Assembly: GCF_006345805.1 (NCBI RefSeq)
Contig: NW_021834823.1
Coordinates: 1 to 45,482 of the forward strand
Direction of reading: 5' to 3'
From: Octopus sinensis
Taxonomy: Eukaryota
DNA: 45,482 nucleotides
The notes beneath the pieces are model-generated. The model was given only the letters and a program-made list of their open reading frames with translations, was not told the origin of the DNA and did not search any database. The position numbers were made by a program, and so were the translations under genes. Shown in pieces: positions 35,861 to 45,482 of this stretch; position 1 is the stretch's first letter; each line of letters begins with the position of its first letter.

Positions 35861-38800
35861 GTTATATTTACTTTACTTTACATGATTACAAATCGTATGT
35901 TGACTTTCAAGTCTTTCTCAATTATCTCCCTTTAGGTTGTTTCCAAAGTTTTATCTTCGTTTCTCTCTTATTAATTTTACTCGCGTCTCTATCTCACTAG
36001 AAACTGATGGATAAAGAAATCAAACTACATAAACAAATGACAGCAAAACCTTTCAGAAATTAAATAACACTAACATAGCCACTACACACATTTTTTTTCT
36101 CTCCTTGTTTCTTTGTGTGTTCCTTTCTGTAGAAGAGCATAGGCTCGAAATGTTAAAGACTTTGTCAATTCCCAAGCGTTATACTAATACATCTGTTTGT
36201 TGTCTACACCACCTGTCATTGTCTTTTGTGTTTTTTTTGTGAATTCTCCCCCTATTATAATATATTATACACACATATAAACACGTTACAGTATACTTAC
36301 ATATATACATCGATCTATATATGCTTCTTTACTACCCACAAGGGGCTAAACACAGAGAGGACAAACAAGGACAGACAAATGGATTAAGTTGATTATATAG
36401 ACACCAGTGCATAACTGGTACTTATTTAATCGACCCCGAAAGGATGAAAGGCAAAGTCGACCTTGGCGGAATTTGAACTCAGAACGTAACAGCAGACGAA
36501 ATACTGCTAAGCATTTCACCCAGCGTTTTAACGTCTCTGCCACCTCGCTCCCTTACATATATACATAGATCTATATATTGATTTAAAACAACAGGAATAC
36601 AAAAGGAAGGCTGGAATTTAAGAGAAGAGAAAACCAAAAGGTCTCACGCTATTCATTTAAAAATTCCTGTATAGAATTTTAACTATCTATAGCAGCAGCC
36701 TTCAGCAGAGGCTGACGTGTTTTCACTGCTCCGACCTGTCAGTGGCCAAAGACACAGAAGACACAGAAACACAAATACAACCCAGCAGGACTACTGATAA
36801 ACAACTGTAATTACTGAAAGATCTACTATTTTCTGTGAGTAATTTGAATTTCCCTCAAAATAAGTTAAAGACTTCCAAACCTACAGTTTGGAACTTGATA
36901 TTATTACCTTCGCCTTCGAAACTATTTTGAATGAGGAATTTGTTAACTTTGGCTTGTATTAGATAAGATGAATAATTTATTACTGTTACTAAATTATCTA
37001 CAGCCACCTTCACAGTCCATGACCACCATTGGGATCGATCAATACCGGACAAGGATTCTGGATTATTTTTCCATATTTTTTTTACTTAATTTTTTAGACC
37101 AGTCGGGTTCATTTTTAGTGTTTTCATTTGTGAGAGCAGTCGAGTTTGAAACCAAAATTTTAACCCATTGTTGTTGTTGTAGTTGTTATTTCAGAACTCT
37201 CTTTTACTCTTTTACTTGCTTCAGTCATTTGACTGTGGCCATACTGGAACACTGCCTTTAGTTAAGCAAATTGACCCTAGGACTTATTCTTTGTAAGCCC
37301 AGTATTTATTCTATCACTCTCTTCTGCTGAACCAATAAGTTACGGGGACGTAAACACACCAGCATCGGTTGTCAAGTGATGGTGGGGGGACAAACACAGA
37401 CACACAAACACACACACACACACATATATATACATATATATATGGGATGGATGGAAGCACTCCGTCGGTTACGACGACAAGGGTTCCGGTTGATTCGAAT
37501 CAACGGAACAGCCTGCTCGTGAAATTAACGTGTAAGTGGCTGAGCACTCCACAGACACGTGTACCCTTAATGTAGTTCTCAGGGATATTCAGCGTGACAC
37601 AGAGAGTGACAAGGCCGGCCCTTTGAAATACAGGTACAACAGAAACAGGAAGTAAGAGTGAGAGAAAGTTGTGGTGAAAGAGTACAGCAGGGATCACCAC
37701 CATCCCCTGCCGGAGCCTCGTGGAGCTTTTTTAGGTGTTTTCGCTCAATAAACCCTCACAACGCCCGGTCTGGGAATCGAAACCACTATCCTATGACCGC
37801 GAGTCCACTGCTCTAACCACTGGGCCATTGCGCCTCCACCCACATATTTATATATACATATATACAATGGGCCTCTTTTCAGTTTCAATCTACCAAATCC
37901 CCTCACAAGGCTATGGTCAGCCTGAGGCTGTAGTAGAAGACACTTGCCCAAGGTGCCACACAGCGGGACTGAACCTGGAACCATGTGGTTGGTAAGCAAG
38001 CTACTTACCACACAGCCACTCCTGCACCTCAGTGTGTAAATATTTTGTGTTTTCTCATTACATTAATTTCAAGAACTATTTTTATGGCCAGGGAAATCTG
38101 TATATAATGAATACTTTACCTTTTTTTCAAACTTCTGATCATACAGGTATTTGGGCATAAAGTGGAGGTGCAATGGCCTAGTGGTTAGGGCAGCGGACTC
38201 GCGGTCATAGGATCGCGGTTTCAATTCCCAGACCGGGCATTGTGAGTGTTTTTTGAGCGAAAACACCTAAAGCTCCATGAGGCTCCGGCAGGGGATGGTG
38301 GTGATCCCTGCTGTACTCTTTCACCACAACTTTCTCTCACTCTTACTTCCTGTTTCTGTCGTACCTGTATTTCAAAGGGCCGGCCTTGTCACTCTCTGTG
38401 TCACGCTGAATATCCCCCGAGAACTACGTTAAGGGTACACGTGTCTGTGGAGTTCTCAGCCATTTACACGTTAATTTCACGAGCAGGCTGTTCCGTTGAT
38501 TCGGATCAACTGGAACCCTCATCGTCGTAACTGACAGAGTGCTTCCACCATTTGGACATAATTTCGCTCACTCATTACTTGTTGCTCATTACAAAGGTCA
38601 ACATTTTATAACATCAGTCTATTATTTACCTCCATCTCACTCCATTAAAAATTTTGATTTTGCTAGTAAATTGCAAGTTGTTATACAAACACGATGTCAT
38701 TTCCTTTGTCATTCAAACAATTTTAGTTAAATTTTCTCTATGGGCAGAGAACAGAAATCACAAAAGAGTTTTGGGTAATGGAGAATAGTTACTAAACAAA

Positions 38801-38999
38801 CTGTGGTGGTTTTGTATGAAATAAATGATAGGCACAGGTGTGGCTGTGTGGTTCAGATGTTTGTTTCCCAATCACATGGTTTCAGGTTCAATCCCACTAC
38901 ATAGCACTTTCCCTGAAACCCCAAGAGCAAGAGTCTTCTCCAATTCCTTTTCTCTGACTCACAGGTATACTGCTGAGCTTGTGGCAAAATTTGAATCCA

Positions 39000-39032
<33 letters not shown>

Positions 39033-39047
39033 TATTATTATTATTAT

Positions 39048-39091
<44 letters not shown>

Positions 39092-39483
39092 TTACTACAC
39101 TCTTGGAGTGGTTGGCATTAGGAAGGGCATCCAGCTGTAGAAACTCTGCCAAATCAAGATTGGAGCCTGGTGCAACCATCTGGTTTCCCAGCCCTCACTC
39201 AAAATCGTCCAACCCATGCTAGCATGGAAAGCGGACGTTAAACGATGATGATGATTATTATTATTATTACGGCAATGAGCTGGCAGAATCATTTGCACAC
39301 TGGACAAAATACGCAGCAGTATTTCGCATGTCACTACGATCTGAGTTCAAATTCCACCAAGGTCAACTTTACCTTTCATCCTTTCAGAGTCAATAAAATA
39401 AGTATCAGTTGAACACTGGGGTCGATGTAATCGCCTCCTCCCCTCCCCCAAAATTGCTACCCTTGTGGAAAAATGTCAAGCCA

Positions 39484-39518
<35 letters not shown>

Positions 39519-39542
39519 ATTATTATTATTATTATTATTATT

Positions 39543-40017
39543 GAATGAGAGAGCAGTGCATGCCATCAAAGTGACACTGGGGTAAAATATAGCCCAGTAT
39601 ACCCATCATGACTACCTGTCTGATAAGGGTACACTAGGCACGCGCATTACAACCATATGTGCGCGACATGGTGATCTCATATCAAGATAAACAGCACATG
39701 ACCTTGCAGGTGGGGCGCAGTTAGAATTTTCTTCTGGTCGAATAACCCATCCTGCTCAAAAGGTCCCTGAATAAGGGTTGTTTAAGTATGTTGAATGAAC
39801 CACCCATGTTTCCAAAGGTGAATTATTCAAACCCCAAAGAATCTCTCTCAACACATGGCTATGATGCTCCCCCACTACTTCTGCTTGTGATCAGAGATGC
39901 ACATATCGTCAGCCACCAAGGGACATGCTCAACTGGTTAAGGTCAAACAACTGACAAGCAAATCTGTGGTATTGAGCAGAATATTTGTTGTAGCCCACCT
40001 TTTATACCAAGACAAAA

Positions 40018-40020
<3 letters not shown>
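39543..40020. mobile_element. Unclassified element of about 480 bp embedded in (TTA)n, probably a LINE 3' region
   Basis: Balanced-GC block sharply bounded by (TTA)n on both sides; no protein motif recognised. Confidence 0.4.
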
Positions 40021-40064
<44 letters not shown>

Positions 40065-40704
40065 TATTTTTGACTTTTGCTTTACACTTTTACAAGTTGG
40101 CACCAAGTCTCACCCAGAGACCGCAAGAGACAAGTTGGAAGTTCACATTGGTGTTATACCTAGGGTGCCTTATATATTTGGTTTTTAACTTAGTGTTGTA
40201 CTAGTGAATGTTTAAAAATTATTATTATTATTATTATGAAGGTGGTGAGCTGACAGAATTATCAGGATGCTAGGTGAAATACTTAACAGCCATATCATTC
40301 ATCTTCAAGTTCTGAGTTCAAATGCTACCGAGGTGGACTTTGCCTTTCGTCCTCTCGATGTTGATAAAATGAGTACCAGTCAGGTCAAGCACTGGGGTTG
40401 ATGTCATCAACTTACCCTCTCTGCCAAAATTGCTGGCCTTGCACCAAAATTTGAAATCATTATCATATATTTATTTAGATAGTGTAGATGGGTGAGGCAC
40501 TTAGGATAATGAATCTTGGTGAAGACACAGAGCAACCACCATGTGATGACTGTCAAACGAACGTAACGAACTCAGTGATGCGTGGAAGGAAATTAATTTG
40601 TTTCGATTGACCGTGTTGGAGCAATGATTGGCTTCTGTTGAACAATGTCGGAGTAATGAGATGGCAACAGACACACCAGCATCTGTTGAAGGTGTATATA
40701 AATC

Positions 40705-41039
40705 AGCATCATCGTCTTTGTCATCTTCGTTGTTGATGTTGCCATTGTCATCATTATTGTTATTACAACCAACCATCATCAGCATCAGCAACATCATCAT
40801 CATCAGCAGCAGCAGCAGCAGCAACAGTAGCATTACCTGCTTCATCATCAGCATCAGCAACATCATCATCATCATTAGCATCATCATCAGCAGCAGCAAC
40901 AATAGCAGCATCAACATCTTCAGCATCAACATCAGCATCATCATTAGCAGCAGCTTCATTGTCGTCGTCCTCATCGTTACCATCATCTTTGACAACATTA
41001 TTATTGCCACTCTCATTATCATTGTCATCATCATCATCG

Positions 41040-41090
<51 letters not shown>

Positions 41091-41242
41091 ACATCATCAT
41101 CATCATCGTCATCATCATCATCATCATCATCATCGTCATCATCATCATTAGCAGCAGCAGCAGCACCATCATTGTCATTATCATCATTGCTGTTCTAATC
41201 GCCATTGTCACAATCATCATCATTATCATTGTTGTCATCATC
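40705..41242. repeat. Degenerate (CAT/CAG)n trinucleotide field (similar GAT field at 31775-32070)
   Basis: Direct reading. Confidence 0.9.
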
Positions 41243-41244
41243 CC

Positions 41245-41686
41245 ATTCATTATTCAAAGCCCTCTTTTCCATGATTGAATGGGTCAGATGGAATTCAACA
41301 AGGCAAGAGGAACAAGTTGAGGGCTCAGTTTCATCGAGTGCTTGTGGAGCATTCACTATGTGTTTTCTTGAGTGGATGGCAAGGCCTGCGCTTTGCTTTG
41401 TGCCACAAGACCACAATGATAGGTAAAGTTTCCATTTAGAGGAGCAGCATTTTTCCAACATGTCTTCACGCTTGCATGAATTTGGTCTGGACATTAGACT
41501 TGATTTTGCTCAAATCTTTGAACTGAGGAGAAGCAAGTTTGGCACCAGGTCCTGCACTCTGATGCTTTGTTTTCCCAGGAAGCAAAAAAGAATGTTGCAT
41601 CACTTCAGATTGTCTTTTAGTTTGTCTTTGAAGACCCTCTTGGCCTACCAATTGATCTTCCTGTTGGGAATTGGCCAAGAGAAGTT

Positions 41687-41688
<2 letters not shown>
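41245..41688 (-). mobile_element. RTE-clade LINE 3' fragment (decayed ORF end)
   Basis: Across frameshifts: GQFPTGRSIGRP.RVFKDKLKDNLK*CNI..SWENKASECRTW..FEQ..GNFTYHCGLVAQSKAGLAIHSRKH (GRP..FKD..WE..A and terminal zinc-finger-like motifs of RTE ORFs). Confidence 0.75.
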
Positions 41689-41717
<29 letters not shown>

Positions 41718-42252
41718 GGCATGGTTATGTGGTAAGAAACTTGCTTCCCAACTTCATGATTCCAGGTTCAGTCCCACTGTTTAGCACCTTGGGCTGGTGT
41801 CTTCTACTATAGCTTTGGGGTGACCAACGCCTTGTGAGGGGATTTAGTAGATGGAAACTGAAAGAAGCCCTTCAAATATATATATATATAGATATAAAAT
41901 TAGATACTGAGGGTAGAAATCAATATTGTTAAATAATACCAATTTAAACACTTTATATCTCTGCACCAAATGAAAAAGCAAAAACTTAACTTTCTTGGTA
42001 CATTATAAATTGCTTCAGTTAATGCAAAAAGCTGTGCAAATCAAGAGTCCTATTCATCAGAGAAGACATGGTCTGACATAGAGCAAAAAATTTGAATGAA
42101 AAGCTTTCTATTGTGAAAATTGCCTGCCAACAACATACTCGGCTGGTATGTATATATATATATGTGTGTGTGTATGTATGTATATATATGTATATGTATG
42201 TATATGTATATATATGTATATGTATATATATGTATGTATATGTATGTATATG

Positions 42253-42286
<34 letters not shown>

Positions 42287-43088
42287 TATGTCATCATCAT
42301 CATCATCATCATCATTTAGCGTCCATTCTCCATGCTAGCATGGGTTGGACGGTTCAACTGGGGTCTATGAAGCTGGAAGGCTTCATCAGGCCCAGTCAGA
42401 TCTGGCAGTGTTTCTACGGCTGGATGCCCTTCCTAACGCCAACCACTCCGTGAGTGTAGTGGGTGCTTTTTATGTGCCACCCGCATATATATATGCATGT
42501 TTATGTGTATATATATATATGTATATGTATGTATATATATATATGCCTGGTAACACAAACAGGAAAATAAGACTCAAAATACGAATATGAAAATCTGTTA
42601 ATGGTACTAAATGACTGAATGCCCAACACCTTCTTGCATAAACCAATGCACAAAACTATTGGTTCTGCAGAACCACATCGTAATTTCTGCTGGTAAACCG
42701 TTTAGCATTTAAACAAGCCATATATCCAAACCAAATATTTCTACCTGAAACGAAATCCTGGTCAGTTAGATCTGACTTTTTTTTCCCTAATTCATAAAAA
42801 CACACTTTTAGCTGTAAAACTGTAAAATGTATTGGCTAAATCTTTTTTATATACAAAAACTCAAAATTTGACTTCCTTCCAACCTTCTCACTTATGTTTA
42901 TATATGTTTATATATGTCTCAGTATATATGCTTGATGTCTCAAACTCACTTTAAGAATACAGAGTCCAATATATTTCACTTAAAGTACGATGTAAAAACT
43001 TTATAAAGTGAAAGCTTATCTTTACATTATATTTTTTCATACAAGTAAACACTTGTATGTTACCACTTATGTTAAAAAGTATATGCAT

Positions 43089-43121
<33 letters not shown>

Positions 43122-44805
43122 TATATATTATATATATATATATATATGTATGTATATGTATATATATATTATGTATGTAGTATATGTATATATATGTATA
43201 TACAACATTTATATGTATCATGAAGACTATCCATACAACACTCACACCACACATATATATATATACATATAGATGGATATAGATATTCAAATATATATCC
43301 ATATAGATGTATAAATATATATAGATAATATATTATATATATAAATACATACAGATATATATATACACATACATACATACAGATATATATGTATACATAT
43401 ATACATATATATATATATGCATATACATATATATATGTATACATATACACATGTACATATATACATATACATATACATACATATACTTATATGCATATAT
43501 ATGTATATAAATGTGTGTGTATGTATACATATATTTGTGTGTGTTTATGTATGTGTGTTTATATATGTGTATATATATATATGTGTATGTATATATATCA
43601 CAGTAGGAAGTCAATAACTATAGACAGCCAACCTGATTTTGGTAGAAAAGGTCATCCTTTCATATGAAATCAATTAAACACTGGTTTTAAGTAGCTATGG
43701 CTCTGCATCTGCGCATAGAGCAAGCCTAATTGGTGGAAAATTATTAAAAGGGCATGTTATCATGTTATTTGAAATGAATTAATCAGTAAATCATTTTTTT
43801 TTTCCATATTTCACAAATATATTACTTTCCAATTAAGTGAGTTAATAGCTTTCATTATTTAATTTGTTCAATTAAAAGCTGAGTTTTTTTATCAGCGTTA
43901 CATAAACTACCATTTTCTTTTCCGTTTGTAATTTTTTTTCACATCTTTTTTCCAGTTTATTTTTTTATATAAACTGAATCATTTCACACTAATCTCTTTA
44001 TCCTTTAATATTTTTAACACACACATAAAACAAATAGATAAATAAATAACAGATAAATGAATAGCTTTTTTGTTCTGGGTTCTAAGCTGATAATTCTGTT
44101 GAAACAAAGAAACGTTTGTTCTATTAACAATCGAAATTAGAAATAAACAGTAGCCAAAAGGATGTTAAACGCTAAAGAGATTACATGAAATAAGCCAATT
44201 ATAATCTGGCCTTTTTTTATTTTTGAACAGCAATTACTTGTGGTGTTTAGGTGAGCTCAACTGGGGACTTGTGTAATATAACATCTGTGATTAATTTGGA
44301 AGTAAGAATAAGAATAATGATAACAACAACAACAACAAAGATCACTCAGCCTGAAGAAACATCTGGACACTTTGTGAATATATTGCAATCTTTGTGCATT
44401 GTAAAAATCAGCTGTACTTGGAGGTGCACACAGACTGCATAAAGTTGTCTGTCTGTCTGTCTGAGGTCCTTGTTGTGACGGGATGGAATCACAATATTAG
44501 AAATGCTGCTAAGCATTCTGTTCCATGCATGGACAATTCTGAAGTCCAGTACCTCAATATTATATATATATTATTGATAAAAACGGTGAGATAACAAAAG
44601 AAAGAAAGAGACGTCGATATTATGTGAATAGAGGAATTTATCTGTAAATGAAATATCATCATCATCATCATCATCGTCATTTAGCATCCGTTCTCCATGT
44701 TAGCATGGGTTGGACGGTTCAACTGGGGTCTGTGAAGCCAGAAGGCTGCATCAGGCCCAGTCAGATCTGGCAGTGTTTCTACGGCTGGATGCCCTTCCTA
44801 ACGCC

Positions 44806-44935
44806 AATATGTGACAATTATTTGGTAGCCGTGATAAAACTCTGAGTTTCGGATGAAGAGATGGTGGCGTGAATTTCCACCTCAGCATCCGAAACTCGGA
44901 GTTTTATCATGGCTACCGAATAATTGTCACATATT
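44806..44935. repeat. Inverted repeat with 50-bp arms (47/50 matched) and a 30-nt loop; probably the inverted end of a Penelope-like insertion extending to about 45200
   Basis: Arms at 44806-44855 and 44886-44935; downstream GCATAATAGTGGTTTTATCTC resembles the reverse complement of 16757-16777. Confidence 0.85.
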
Positions 44936-45482
44936 ACATTTACAGATATATATATATATTATATATATTACTTATTACTTATTATATATGTTTTAATATA
45001 TATAAGTAATATATATATCATATATAATATATATATTACTTATTACTTATTATATATTGATCATTCATTTTTATACTTTTTGAGATCTAGTTATATGTTT
45101 TATAAAATTATATAATATTTGTTATTTATGTATTGGTTTATGTCTATCACTGTTTGAGTTGCATAATAGTGGTTTTATCTCTAATTTATATTTTATATAT
45201 TTATATTGTGAAATTTGATTTAATACTAAATTGAATTTTTCCCTGTAAGTTTGGGGTTATACTCCCTAATATATTATTATTATTATTATTATTATTATAT
45301 GTATGTATATATATAATAATATGTGTGTGTGTGAGTTGTTGGCGATTTTCTTCCTCTCTCTTCCCTTCTATTGGACTTTCCTCTGTTTCTGAAGAAGAGT
45401 GTCTGCTCAAAACATTAAATAATCTTTCTTTCCTCTCTTGAGCATCAGCTAATCCATTACATGTACCACGTCCTCGCGTTGC

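Noticed and set aside
38162-38240. tRNA-Arg-like sequence
   Set aside because: It is the head of a multi-copy SINE with no convincing acceptor stem; not called a tRNA gene

Overview
AT-rich eukaryotic, repeat-saturated non-coding DNA. The SINE families and microsatellite load strongly resemble an Octopus (cephalopod) intron or intergenic region; this is inferred from remembered repeat families, not from a search. No intact protein-coding gene is supported, and almost all ORFs in the supplied track are microsatellite or SINE artefacts. Contents: at least five tRNA-derived or LINE-tailed SINE families; decayed fragments of R4/Dong-type (RLE), Tx1/L1, RTE and CR1/L2 LINEs; a hAT transposase relic; a MITE with an 8-bp TSD; Helitron/Helentron-like pieces; Penelope-like fragments carrying hammerhead-ribozyme motifs; fold-back palindromes; and long simple repeats. 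The main second-look items are (1) a core-perfect minimal hammerhead ribozyme at 16836-16878(-), plus a family whose three copies all carry U at core position 6; (2) SINE tandem arrays whose extra units start at the same nucleotide at two independent loci; (3) a TSD-flanked chimeric insertion at 2531-3323 that copies unique sequence from 35 kb away in inverted orientation; (4) fold-back elements that turn at a shared motif; and (5) microsatellite-embedded LINEs whose 3' tails match SINE tails. Coordinates were read by eye and may be off by a few bases.
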